DNA of 64,000 nucleotides, from the IMG/VR virus record IMGVR_UViG_3300032007_001727; one strand, given 5' to 3'. Origin of the DNA: a virus (Duplodnaviria; Caudoviricetes). A program made the position numbers and the translations under genes. Each line of letters starts with the position of its first letter. Position 1 is the stretch's first letter. The notes under the pieces are model-generated. The model saw nothing but the letters and a program-made list of their open reading frames with translations. It ran no database searches and had not been told where the DNA came from. Shown one piece after another: positions 1 to 9,472 of the stretch.

Positions 1-522
1 TTCCACCCCCCCCCCCCATTTTTCTGTAAACTAACACTTGAGAATGGTTCCGTTGTTGAGTTACAAGGAAGCGGCGAACTGACAAGTACAATGATAGAAC
101 CATATAGATATGACTTTGTCAGTGCTGAAATCGGTGAACTTTGCATAAGCATTGGTGATGGTGCTTTTGTTACATGTTATTTATCAAGTATAACCTTTTC
201 AAATACCGTTACAAGTATTGGTTCTGAGGCTTTTGACCATTGTGAAGGTTTAACGTCCGTAACGATTCCGGACGGTGTCATAACCATTAGTGATTTTGCT
301 TTTAATAATTGCTCTGCAATGACATCTTGTTATCTTGGTAATAATGTCACAACAATTGGTGAATTTTCTTTCGCAAACTGCCCAATCCTAACATCTATAA
401 ATATTCCAAATAGCATTACAAGTATTAGTAATGGTGCTTTCTGTGATTCTAATTCATTGGATGCTGCAAGCACGGCAGCAATATCTGCAATTAATCCAAA
501 TGCATTAAGATGCGACGCATAA
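1..522 (+). CDS. BspA-type leucine-rich-repeat (LRR_5) protein, 5'-truncated by window edge; C12 tract at 6-17
   Basis: Frame 1 is open from base 1 (FHPPPPFFCKLTLENGSVVELQGSGELT...) into the listed ORF 91..522. It has TSIGxxAFxxCxxLTSIxIP repeats and is homologous to 3788..4462 and 59839..60655. Confidence 0.85.
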   Translation, partial: FHPPPPFFCKLTLENGSVVELQGSGELTSTMIEPYRYDFVSAEIGELCISIGDGAFVTCYLSSITFSNTVTSIGSEAFDHCEGLTSVTIPDGVITISDFAFNNCSAMTSCYLGNNVTTIGEFSFANCPILTSINIPNSITSISNGAFCDSNSLDAASTAAISAINPNALRCDA

Positions 523-540
523 ACAATTTAATAAATAATA

Positions 541-570
541 AACGGACCAATTTAATAAGATTGGTCCGTT
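541..570. terminator. Bidirectional intrinsic terminator between convergent genes
   Basis: AACGGACCAAT...ATTGGTCCGTT inverted repeat. Confidence 0.7.
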
Positions 571-578
571 CACTTTAA

Positions 579-2234
579 TTACAGTTTCACGTATCTGAAA
601 ATCTCTTGACTAAGTGCCTTTATTACAATTTCCTCGGCGGTCAATTTCGCTGAAGGCTTGCATGTTTCGGTTGCATCTTCTCCTAGCAATATGGAGATAA
701 TACTCCCATCAAATCCACTGAAGAATGTAATGCCTTCTTCATTTGCCGTTCCTTCATATGTATCCCTTGCGCTTGCGCAGTCCCACCAAATGAATTTGAA
801 GTTATCAACAAACTCTTTTGGAAATACTTCTAGGAGTTCATTTTTAGCCCTATCTATATTACATTCTTGGTCTCTCTGTCTCTGATAGAGTCGTGATGCT
901 GATGGGTTGAATTGCATATCCGATACAACCAACAGTGTTGTCGGAAACTCTTCAAGTGGTATCTGCGGGTTTTCAGTTCTGATTTTGACAATCTCATCAA
1001 TAACTGATTGGAAATTTGTTCCTCCACAAGGTACACCCGGCAAGGAAAGTATGTTATCGCAGAAAGAATCGCTTGGCAATGTGAACGGATATGACTTATT
1101 ATCAAACATCATAATCTTATGATGGAATTCACCCTCATTCAGTTCTGCGAAGAATAATGCCAATGATGTTGCAATGTCTCCACAACATGTATCGCCGACA
1201 ACCGTTCTAGACATTGAACCGCTTGTGTCCAAGGCAACCAACACATTCTCTTTAACCCTTCCGTTCTTTCTCACTTGTTCAACCAATTGCATGAATTGTG
1301 AATCAATGGTATGCTTAAAGGCAAACGGTAGTTTGTTCTTGGTATATCGGCCAATAAAATAATAAGAGTTTGAATTGAGTTTCTTTCTCACTTTTTTTGC
1401 GAGTTCAAACGGATACCCGGTAAACTTTACCGTCGGCTGTTCAATCACCCACTTTTCATATTCGTCAGTGAGGCTGTGCCTTTCCAAGAAATCACCGCTT
1501 AAAAGGTTTGTCAGTGCCCTGCCCGGAATTTTGTTCCAATTCAATGATGCATAGTCCTTGCTGCATAAAATCTTTTGGAAATCATGTGCGGTTCCGCTTG
1601 TTTTCAATTTTGTATAGTCACTATAGGACAATTTGCAGAATTTTGCGAATTGCTTTGCAAGTCTGTTGGTTATTGCTGCCCATTCGGTTTTGCACTTTGA
1701 ATTGCATCTGATTCTTGGCATGAATTTCTTTACCAAATCACAATGAACGTCAGAGAGCAGTCCTTGACTAATCACATTAAAAATGTATTTCTTGTCAATG
1801 ACATTGAGATTATATTTCTCGTCATAGAACATAAGGGTCCAAGGGTCTTTCCAAGACCCCACTATTGGCAAGAGCCAAATGTTATTCTCAAATACGTCCT
1901 TATGCTCCTTTGCAACCCAAAGGAGTCTCTTGAATGACTCATCCCTTGAACCTTGGCCGTTCTGTATGGAATCAGTTGTGTTTTGTGAACTAAGTTTGGT
2001 TTTTCTAGTCACCATTCTAAGGTAGAAAATAAACTTGATGGAAAGTTCACTGTTCTCACCCCATAACGATGCTTGGTCCTCGAATACTTCATTCAATTCC
2101 CTATCACGGTAATTTCCTGCCTTTCCGAATTGGTCAACCAATACAGAATTTGTTGTCGCAAGTGTCTTTGCACCGTTTTCGGTTAAAGTAAATGATGACC
2201 TATTACCAAAAGTCTTCTCCAAAAATTCATTCAT
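579..2234 (-). CDS. DUF2828-like / TROVE-related protein with C-terminal vWA domain
   Basis: TENGA near the N-terminus, GSWKD, KFMPR, MIDAS motif VALDTSGSM, GGTNFQSV, VVSDMQF and GF near the end. Start reassigned to ATG 2234 (MNEFLE), which lies downstream of a Bacteroidota promoter. Confidence 0.75.
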   Translation of the reverse strand: MNEFLEKTFGNRSSFTLTENGAKTLATTNSVLVDQFGKAGNYRDRELNEVFEDQASLWGENSELSIKFIFYLRMVTRKTKLSSQNTTDSIQNGQGSRDESFKRLLWVAKEHKDVFENNIWLLPIVGSWKDPWTLMFYDEKYNLNVIDKKYIFNVISQGLLSDVHCDLVKKFMPRIRCNSKCKTEWAAITNRLAKQFAKFCKLSYSDYTKLKTSGTAHDFQKILCSKDYASLNWNKIPGRALTNLLSGDFLERHSLTDEYEKWVIEQPTVKFTGYPFELAKKVRKKLNSNSYYFIGRYTKNKLPFAFKHTIDSQFMQLVEQVRKNGRVKENVLVALDTSGSMSRTVVGDTCCGDIATSLALFFAELNEGEFHHKIMMFDNKSYPFTLPSDSFCDNILSLPGVPCGGTNFQSVIDEIVKIRTENPQIPLEEFPTTLLVVSDMQFNPSASRLYQRQRDQECNIDRAKNELLEVFPKEFVDNFKFIWWDCASARDTYEGTANEEGITFFSGFDGSIISILLGEDATETCKPSAKLTAEEIVIKALSQEIFRYVKL

Positions 2235-2261
2235 TGCTTTTTCTTTTTTAGGATTTTGGTG

Positions 2262-2293
2262 CAAAGATATATAAAAAAAATGAGAAAAACAAA
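2262..2293 (-). promoter_or_regulatory. Bacteroidota sigmaA-type promoter (-33 TTTG, -7 TATCTTTG)
   Basis: Minus strand TTTG-N20-TATCTTTG upstream of ATG 2234. Confidence 0.75.
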
Positions 2294-2328
2294 TTTTAAT
2301 GATATTTATTTTAAAAATATATGCATAT

Positions 2329-2724
2329 ATGAATGAAAATAGAATAACACAGATAATAGAAGAGGAAATCAGAAGACTCGTCAATGAAGATTTGATGGGT
2401 GAGAAGAATAAACTCAACAGAGGTGAGCCGAAGAAGAAACTTCTCCATAAAATGAGAAAGGGAAAGGCGAAGATTGAGGACTTGGAACAGTATAGGAAGG
2501 ATAATAGGGTCATTCCGGATGCCGAGGCAGATGCCATCAGAAACAAGATTGACGTGGAGAAGACAAACATGGCTGCAATTGCTAGGATATTGTTCCCACA
2601 CCATACAGACGAGGGGGCACAGTCACAGTTCAGAAAGATTATTAATGGTGAAAGACCTATGACTAGAAGGATTGCCCTTAAGATTGATAAGTTGATTGCT
2701 AGCGGAAAGATTGCCGTTAAGTAA
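2329..2724 (+). CDS. Hypothetical protein, possible C-terminal HTH; begins with leader-like MNENRITQIIEEEIRRLVNE
   Basis: ORF track 2299..2724; ATG 2329 follows the ATATTTAT motif at 2302. Confidence 0.65.
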   Translation: MNENRITQIIEEEIRRLVNEDLMGEKNKLNRGEPKKKLLHKMRKGKAKIEDLEQYRKDNRVIPDAEADAIRNKIDVEKTNMAAIARILFPHHTDEGAQSQFRKIINGERPMTRRIALKIDKLIASGKIAVK

Positions 2725-2758
2725 ATGGCAATGATGTACCATAAAAAATGGAGAGGCT

Positions 2759-3211
2759 TTATTCCTCTCCATTGTTATTATTATAATATTCCATAACTCT
2801 CTTGTGATAGTCTATTGAGCATTTTCTCCAAGACTTTGTGTAGAACCCGCAGTTCCAGCATTTGATTGCTTTCTCGATGTCGTGTTCCGAATTGAAATGT
2901 TCTTGTAATAATATAAACATTTCCTTTGATTTTTCTGCATCATATCTATCTTGATAGGTATAACGCTTGTCTGATTTTTTCCTTTGCAGGATTTGGTTAC
3001 ACTCCCTTACCGCTATTTTTGTCATTTGGAGTATACCGGCACAATCGCTAGATGGATTATGTGCATTTGGGTTTCCTTTACTTTCAACTTGTATGATGGC
3101 ATTCATTACCCTTGTCCAATCATACGCTTCGCTTGTCTGTGCATTGATGTTCAAGAAGAACAATGACATAATGCACGTTAAAATTAATCTTTTAATTGTT
3201 CTCATCATCAT
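2759..3211 (-). CDS. Lytic transglycosylase (SLT/lysozyme-like) with N-terminal signal peptide
   Basis: AIIQVESKGNPNA (catalytic ES), AGILQMT motif, hydrophobic N-terminus. Confidence 0.7.
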   Translation of the reverse strand: MMMRTIKRLILTCIMSLFFLNINAQTSEAYDWTRVMNAIIQVESKGNPNAHNPSSDCAGILQMTKIAVRECNQILQRKKSDKRYTYQDRYDAEKSKEMFILLQEHFNSEHDIEKAIKCWNCGFYTKSWRKCSIDYHKRVMEYYNNNNGEE

Positions 3212-3242
3212 TATTTTTAGATGCGACATTCAGAATGATGCA

Positions 3243-3638
3243 TCATTCTGAATCTGATGACGGTATGTGAGATTGAGTTACGTCATCCAATCGCTTAGTT
3301 AAGAAATCATAGTTGGAGAGGCTTCCGAATTTGCTTATTTTGTTATAATACCAATCTGTCAAGGCTTGTTTTAAGAACCCGTCTCTTTCTTTTTTGTCTG
3401 ATATTAAATCAAGAAAGTCTCTTTCCAAAATGTCAAGTACGTCTTGTTCCCAATAGGATATATCAGTTGGCAGTGAATTATTGAGTTTGACAAATATTGC
3501 GATGTTCTTGCCGCCTTTTTCAAGTGCCGCCCTCATAAAATTCTTGTCTAGATAATCCTTGACCAACATAACCTTATCGCCATAAGATTCATTTATTATA
3601 TTTTTTAATCCATTTTCAGATAAAATAAACCTTTTCAT
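3243..3638 (-). CDS. Hypothetical protein with leader MKRFILSENGLKNIINE
   Basis: ORF; ATATTTAT motif on minus strand at 3660-3667. Confidence 0.65.
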   Translation of the reverse strand: MKRFILSENGLKNIINESYGDKVMLVKDYLDKNFMRAALEKGGKNIAIFVKLNNSLPTDISYWEQDVLDILERDFLDLISDKKERDGFLKQALTDWYYNKISKFGSLSNYDFLTKRLDDVTQSHIPSSDSE

Positions 3639-3696
3639 TGATTCCAAATACTTTTATATATAAATATTGGAACGATGATTTTTTGAATTTTTGGTG

Positions 3697-3728
3697 CAAA
3701 AGTATATAAAAAATCTGAGAATAACAAG
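3697..3728 (-). promoter_or_regulatory. Bacteroidota-type promoter (-7 TACTTTTG, -33 CTTG)
   Basis: Same 20-nt spacing as the promoters at 2262, 7115 and 54792. Confidence 0.55.
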
Positions 3729-3787
3729 ATATTCATAATATTTATTGTTAAAATAACTTAATTTAAATCTTTAAAAAACAAATAATT

Positions 3788-4462
3788 ATGAAGTACGTTA
3801 AAGAATTTGCAGATAACGCAGCCTATACTGCTTATACTGCCACGGACTATCCAAAGCCAAACGTATCACTTTGTGTTGCTGAGGGTGATGTCCACTATAA
3901 TCCTACCCCCCCCCCATTATGTAAGTTAACCCTTAAGAATGGTGAAGTTGTGAGACTTGAAGGCAGTGGAACACTAACAAGTGCAATGACAAGTCCATAT
4001 AGCGCAACTTGTGTTAGTGCTGAAATAGGTAAGCCTTGCACAAGCATTGGCAATCGGGCTTTCTATCTATGTACTAGTTTATCAAGCATAACAATCCCGG
4101 ACAGTGTTACAAGCATTGGTGATGTTGCTTTCCATGATTGTCGTAGTTTATCGAGTATAACAATTCCGGACAGTGTTACAAGCATTGGTAGTAGTGCTTT
4201 CTATGCTTGTTCCGGTTTAACAAGCATAAACATTCCAAGTGGTGTTACAAGCATTGGTGATTATGCTTTCCGAGATTGTTTTAGTTTATCAGCAATAACC
4301 TCGTTTGCCACAACAGCACCAAGAATATATAATTATACTTTCCAAAATGTTAAGACCGGTGGTACTCTTACGGTTCCAATTGGTAGCAGCGGCTATAACA
4401 CTTGGATGGGAACGGGTACTTATTACCTAGGTTATTATAATTGGACAAAGGTCGAACAATAA
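3788..4462 (+). CDS. BspA-type LRR protein, intact (ON state); C10 tract at 3906-3915
   Basis: Leader MKYVKEFA...NVSLCVAEGDVHYNPTPPPLCKLTL, followed by SITIPDSVTSIGxxAFxxC repeats. Confidence 0.9.
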   Translation: MKYVKEFADNAAYTAYTATDYPKPNVSLCVAEGDVHYNPTPPPLCKLTLKNGEVVRLEGSGTLTSAMTSPYSATCVSAEIGKPCTSIGNRAFYLCTSLSSITIPDSVTSIGDVAFHDCRSLSSITIPDSVTSIGSSAFYACSGLTSINIPSGVTSIGDYAFRDCFSLSAITSFATTAPRIYNYTFQNVKTGGTLTVPIGSSGYNTWMGTGTYYLGYYNWTKVEQ

Positions 4463-4468
4463 CATAAA

Positions 4469-4499
4469 TTGGGGTTGGAAAGATAAAATCCAACCCCAA
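4469..4499. terminator. Bidirectional intrinsic terminator
   Basis: TTGGGGTTGGA...TCCAACCCCAA. Confidence 0.75.
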
Positions 4500-4544
4500 A
4501 ATTTACTAATAAAATATTTTGAAAAAATTATGAGAGAAGTTTCT

Positions 4545-7043
4545 CTAGTTTATTGATATTGTGTTATTTGAACAAGTTGCGTGGAAGACATACCCGTTTG
4601 GATAATCATTCGATAGCATTAATTCGGTTAATCCATCCTCCATTTCCGTTTCAATCAGCCTTATAATTGGCCTTGCCCCCATTTCCTTGTCTTCAATCGC
4701 CTTTGAATATATATAATCTACAACATCATCTGTATATTCAATGTTATAATTAATATTATTTAATTTATTATTAAATTTATTAATCTCTAACTTAACTATA
4801 TCTTTTAAATTATTGTCTGATAAGTTATTAAAATATATTATCTTGTTAATTCTATTAAGGAATTCCGGTGTAAATTTCCTCTTAAGTTCCTTGCTGATAA
4901 TGTCTTTCTTGTTTGAATCCTCATTTGGGTTAAAGCCGAGACCGTTTCCCAATTCTGACGCTCTCCTAGCACCTATGTTTGAAGTCATTATGAATATGCA
5001 GTTATGACAATCGATTAGGTTTCCGTTATTTTCCGTCAGCCTTCCTTCGTCGAACACTTGAAGGAAAACATTATAGATGGATTCATCGGCTTTTTCAATC
5101 TCATCCAACAACACAACCGAATAAGGCTTCTGCTTAATTGCGTTGGTAAGAACGCCACCGTCATCATATCCGATATACCCGGCACTAGCACCATAAAGTT
5201 TGCTTACGGAATTCTTCTCCGAATATTCAGACATATCGATTCTAATGAGAGATTTCTCGCTTCCGTAAATCTCTTCGGCTATCTTCTTTGCCAATAGAGA
5301 CTTTCCGACACCGGTTGGTCCAAGTAACAAGAACGTACCTAGACAAGATGACTTGTCACTTAATCCGACCTTGTTTCTCTTTATTACCTTGCACACATCA
5401 TTGATTGCATCGTCTTGGCCGACAATATACTTCTTCAAGACCTCATCTATCTTTGCAATCCTTTCCTTTTCAGACATCGATAACTTGCTTACCGGTATGT
5501 TGACCATATCTGAAACGGTTTCAGCCACATCGTCCTCAGAAACAATAATCGGGTTGGAAGAGTCGTGATTTCTAGACCTTTTATATTCCGCAACATCACT
5601 TGCCAATACGTTGCCTTCAGCATTTAGGGTGTCTATTTTCTCAAAATCACCATTATTCAACGCATCATCTTTCTCTCGGTTTATTTCTCTTATTCGTTTC
5701 TTGATATTCTTTATTAACTGAGGTTCATCGTTTTTCATTGAAATGCTTGCACCGACCAAGTCTATGACATCAAATGCTGAATCCGGCAAGGCTCTGTCCG
5801 TAATATACCTTTCAGCCAAGTCAACCGCCTTTTTAATAACGCTGCGGTCATATATTACATTATGAAAGTCTTCATAATAATATTTTGCCTTGTCTATTAT
5901 TTCAACAGTATCAGCATTGCTTGATGGTTCAATCGTCAGTTTTTGGAATTTCCTAGACAAAGATGAATTGTTTTCTATGGTGTTTCTGTAATCCTTGAAT
6001 GTGGTGGCACATATTACCTTTACGGTTCCGTCTGTCAGAATATCACCGACCATCCCGCTAATGTCAGCATCCTTTTCTTTTCCACCACCCCTTAACACGG
6101 TATGAATATCATCAATAAACAAGATATATTTCTTTGATTTCTTTAATTCCGTGAAGAGACCGTTGACTCTTTCTTCGAACATACCCCTAAAATGAGTTCC
6201 GCTAACCAATGTCATCGGGTTTAACATTACGATTTCCTTTCCTTCCAACTGTTCCGGAACCTCCCCGTCGATAATCTTTTTGGCTAACTTATATACCATG
6301 GATGTCTTTCCGCATCCTCCGACACCAACCAATATCACATTGTTCTTTTTCCTGCGGCATAAGACTTTTATCATTTCGGTGAACTCTCTGTCACGCCCGA
6401 TTATATCGTCAGTCTTGCCCTCTGAAACTAATTTGCTGATATTAATTGTAAATTGTTGTATGTATTCTCCTTGCGGTATTGATGATATCATCTTCGGATT
6501 CACTTGACTCTTTAATTCCATTTGTGCCATCTTGTTTGGTTTTATTTTCTTTGGTTGTGCCTTATTCTCTTTTTTTGTTGGGTTTGACGGGTTACATTTA
6601 TCGAATATGAATTTATATTCTAACCTAAATTTACCGAATATATTATATTCCGAGAACCCGTTTTCTTTATTCAGTACCGCCAAAAGTACGTGCTCACTGC
6701 CTATATTTCTAGACTTTAGTTTATCGGCTTCAACCCTAGCACATTCAATTGCCTTTATCAAGTCATCGCTGTATGGATAAATTCCATGGTTACCCTTTAG
6801 TTGGGGCTTTGTGTACTTGTCCAAGACCGAAACATAGATTTTCCTCAATTCTTCAATATTTTCAGACATTAAGCAATTTTCAAGAATCATGTTTGCGTGA
6901 CAGTTCTTGTTATCCAATATAGATAAAATCAAATACTCAAGCGTTAAAATGTCTGTAGGGAACTCATCATATAAAGTAGAGGTCATATAACCAATAACTT
7001 CTTCAAGTTCCAATGTGTAATCTTCTCTTTTATATTCATTCAT
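4545..7043 (-). CDS. clpC: Clp/Hsp100 AAA+ ATPase (ClpC-type)
   Basis: Clp N-domain (EHVLLA), IIGRDRE, RRKKNN, Walker A GVGGCGKT and GPTGVGKS, RIDMSEY, LLDEIEKA, LGF loop, PEFLNRI, MGARP. Confidence 0.9.
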   Translation of the reverse strand: MNEYKREDYTLELEEVIGYMTSTLYDEFPTDILTLEYLILSILDNKNCHANMILENCLMSENIEELRKIYVSVLDKYTKPQLKGNHGIYPYSDDLIKAIECARVEADKLKSRNIGSEHVLLAVLNKENGFSEYNIFGKFRLEYKFIFDKCNPSNPTKKENKAQPKKIKPNKMAQMELKSQVNPKMISSIPQGEYIQQFTINISKLVSEGKTDDIIGRDREFTEMIKVLCRRKKNNVILVGVGGCGKTSMVYKLAKKIIDGEVPEQLEGKEIVMLNPMTLVSGTHFRGMFEERVNGLFTELKKSKKYILFIDDIHTVLRGGGKEKDADISGMVGDILTDGTVKVICATTFKDYRNTIENNSSLSRKFQKLTIEPSSNADTVEIIDKAKYYYEDFHNVIYDRSVIKKAVDLAERYITDRALPDSAFDVIDLVGASISMKNDEPQLIKNIKKRIREINREKDDALNNGDFEKIDTLNAEGNVLASDVAEYKRSRNHDSSNPIIVSEDDVAETVSDMVNIPVSKLSMSEKERIAKIDEVLKKYIVGQDDAINDVCKVIKRNKVGLSDKSSCLGTFLLLGPTGVGKSLLAKKIAEEIYGSEKSLIRIDMSEYSEKNSVSKLYGASAGYIGYDDGGVLTNAIKQKPYSVVLLDEIEKADESIYNVFLQVFDEGRLTENNGNLIDCHNCIFIMTSNIGARRASELGNGLGFNPNEDSNKKDIISKELKRKFTPEFLNRINKIIYFNNLSDNNLKDIVKLEINKFNNKLNNINYNIEYTDDVVDYIYSKAIEDKEMGARPIIRLIETEMEDGLTELMLSNDYPNGYVFHATCSNNTISIN

Positions 7044-7114
7044 TTTTTCAAACCAAAAGTAATTTAACTTCCATTTAAAAAATAACTTATTCTTTCAAAA
7101 AGTAAAGAGAAAAA

Positions 7115-7146
7115 TTTGTTTTTTTAACATTTTTTATATATCTTTG
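7115..7146 (+). promoter_or_regulatory. Bacteroidota sigmaA-type promoter
   Basis: TTTG(7115)-N20-TATCTTTG(7139-7146) upstream of the ligase-ThyA operon. Confidence 0.75.
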
Positions 7147-7165
7147 CAAAAAATTGTTAATTGTT

Positions 7166-8275
7166 ATGAAATTTCCGACTTTATTTAAGAGGACTGCAAC
7201 CGGAGCCATTAACAAATGGACCGTCATTGCTGAAGGAGATTGCTATTGGACTGAGTTTGGACAAATATACGGCGTAACACAAACATCTGAGAAAACATAT
7301 TGCACACCAAAGAATGTTGGCCGTTCAAACGAAACGACTAGTTCTGAGCAAGCGGTATTGGAGGCAACTTCCGCTTGGAATAAAAAGATTGAGAGGGAAG
7401 GGTTTGTAAAAGACTTGGCGGAACTTGATTTGGTCAAGTTTAAACCACCGATGCTAGCGAAGAAATATGATGGCAATTATAATGATTCGATGAAGTTCAT
7501 CCAACCCAAATTAGATGGCATAAGATGCAATATATCGCTTTCAGACGGTGAAATAAGCGCAATCAGCAGGAACAATACATCATTTAAGACCACAAAGCAC
7601 ATTGAGGATGAGGTCTCAGATTTCTTGAATAAGAACCCAAACATTCACTTGGACGGAGAATTATACAACCATGAACTTCACGATGACTTCAATAAAATAG
7701 TATCTTTGGTTAGGAAAGTTAAACTGTCTGAAGAGGATGTTGCAGAAATACAATCAAAGGTGAAATACTATGTATATGACTTGTGGGTTGACGGTGAAGA
7801 GGATTTGATATTTTCTGAAAGGTCTAGAATAATCAAGGAATCATTGTCAGAAATGACAACGGTCGTTGTTGTCCCGACGTTTCATATATCTTCAAGAGAA
7901 GAGGTTGACAAATATTTTGATAAATTTAGGAAAGACGGTTATGAAGGGGCAATAATCAGAGGCGATACGCCCTATGAACACAAGAGAAGCAAGAACCTAT
8001 TGAAATATAAGGAATTTTTGGATGATGAGTTTGAAATACTTGATGTAAATATAGGTAAAAACAATACGATAGCAGAAAGTTTTACCATAAAACTTAAGGA
8101 TGGCAAGACATGCAATGCTACTTTGGCATTTTCAGACGAAGAATGCAAGGAAATGTTGGAAAATAAGGAAAATTACATAGGAAAGATGGCAACAGTTTGT
8201 TATTTTGGCGTAACAAATGACGGCTTGTTGAGATTCCCTATAGTTAAAGCAATTGACAGAAACAGTTATGAGTAA
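7166..8275 (+). CDS. ATP-dependent DNA ligase
   Basis: PMLAK, QPKLDGIRC (KxDG), LDGELY, GYEGAIIR, LLKYK, LRFP. Confidence 0.92.
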   Translation: MKFPTLFKRTATGAINKWTVIAEGDCYWTEFGQIYGVTQTSEKTYCTPKNVGRSNETTSSEQAVLEATSAWNKKIEREGFVKDLAELDLVKFKPPMLAKKYDGNYNDSMKFIQPKLDGIRCNISLSDGEISAISRNNTSFKTTKHIEDEVSDFLNKNPNIHLDGELYNHELHDDFNKIVSLVRKVKLSEEDVAEIQSKVKYYVYDLWVDGEEDLIFSERSRIIKESLSEMTTVVVVPTFHISSREEVDKYFDKFRKDGYEGAIIRGDTPYEHKRSKNLLKYKEFLDDEFEILDVNIGKNNTIAESFTIKLKDGKTCNATLAFSDEECKEMLENKENYIGKMATVCYFGVTNDGLLRFPIVKAIDRNSYE

Positions 8276-8804
8276 AATATTTAATTTATACACAAAGACC
8301 GAAGACGGCACTGATATTGATAAAACTTGGTATTCAAGTTCAAATATCAAATATTCGGAATGTTTAGACCACGATAATGCATTAAAAACACTTAAGGTTG
8401 TATTTAATAATGGAACTCAGTATGAATATAAGAATGTAAATGTCAAGGATTATCTGTTCTTCCGTGATGGTGCTTCACAAGGCAAGTCCCTAAATCAATA
8501 TATAAAGGGGAATAACTATGAATTTATAAAACTTGACAACGCTAACATTGAAAATATAGAAGGTGAATTGGAATTTAGGATTAACGGTGGAGTATTCGTC
8601 CATTATGATAACAATAAACTGACGTTAAAAAATAATAAGGACCAAATAATCCTTGAAACTGAAATTGAACTAAACAAAGACACTTTCAACGTAATTTGCT
8701 CATGTTTGGAGGCTGTTGGAAAAAGAATTTGTACTAACGTGGTTAAATTTGAAGAGGATGGAGAAGGAGAAGAAATTGGAAATATACAAGACAGCCCTTT
8801 CTAA
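8268..8804 (+). CDS. KTSC-domain protein
   Basis: SSNIKY...LKVVFNNGTQYEYKNV...SQGKSLN pattern typical of KTSC. Confidence 0.65.
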   Translation: MSKIFNLYTKTEDGTDIDKTWYSSSNIKYSECLDHDNALKTLKVVFNNGTQYEYKNVNVKDYLFFRDGASQGKSLNQYIKGNNYEFIKLDNANIENIEGELEFRINGGVFVHYDNNKLTLKNNKDQIILETEIELNKDTFNVICSCLEAVGKRICTNVVKFEEDGEGEEIGNIQDSPF

Positions 8805-9042
8805 ATATGGAGAAGAAGCACAACTGAACATGCTTTACGAAGAAATGGGTGAATTGCTGACGGCCATTGCAAGATTAAAACGTGGAAGGGCAAACCACTT
8901 TGATGTTATGACAGAACTTGCAGATGTTTCAATAATGGTTGAACAGATGGCAACTTTGATGTCTTTTGATGACTTTGAAACTGAAAAAGATAGAAAACTA
9001 AATCGTTTAAAAGAAAAATTAAATGGGGATAATAATAAGTAG
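8758..9042 (+). CDS. MazG-like nucleotide pyrophosphohydrolase
   Basis: EEMGEL...ELADV motif. Confidence 0.75.
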   Translation: MEKEKKLEIYKTALSKYGEEAQLNMLYEEMGELLTAIARLKRGRANHFDVMTELADVSIMVEQMATLMSFDDFETEKDRKLNRLKEKLNGDNNK

Positions 9043-9472
9043 TTTTGTTGGTTGCGGTAAAACGTTTTTCACTAATCAATACGGTGATAGGATTAAGATA
9101 GAAGATGTCAGTGACAAGAAACTAGATGAAATGGTGGATTATGTCACTGAAATCATCAATGACCGTGATATTGTCTTTATACCAAGTTCACTGTCTGTGA
9201 GAGAACTTTTTGAAAAAAGAGAAATTGACTATGACGTTTTCTACCCGTCAAAGGAAAGAAGGCTTGAGTTCATTGAGAATTTGGTGAGAAAGAGAGTCAA
9301 GTCAGATGAAATTAGGGAGTTTGACGTTAATTTTGAAAGATTCATAAACGAGATTGACGGTGACCGGTCAAAAAATTGTTACAAACATAAATTGTCAAAT
9401 CCTAATGAATTCATTGGTAATTCTAGTATTATTTTAGAATATATTAACAAAATTGTGGGGAATCATGACTGA
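9023..9472 (+). CDS. Small P-loop NTPase/kinase-like protein
   Basis: N-terminal SFVGCGKT. Confidence 0.55.
   Translation: MGIIISSFVGCGKTFFTNQYGDRIKIEDVSDKKLDEMVDYVTEIINDRDIVFIPSSLSVRELFEKREIDYDVFYPSKERRLEFIENLVRKRVKSDEIREFDVNFERFINEIDGDRSKNCYKHKLSNPNEFIGNSSIILEYINKIVGNHD

Noticed and set aside
2235-2570. N-terminal 112 aa of the 663-aa ORF-track protein
   Set aside because: It is an antisense shadow of the 2329..2724 gene; promoter position supports the start at 2234.
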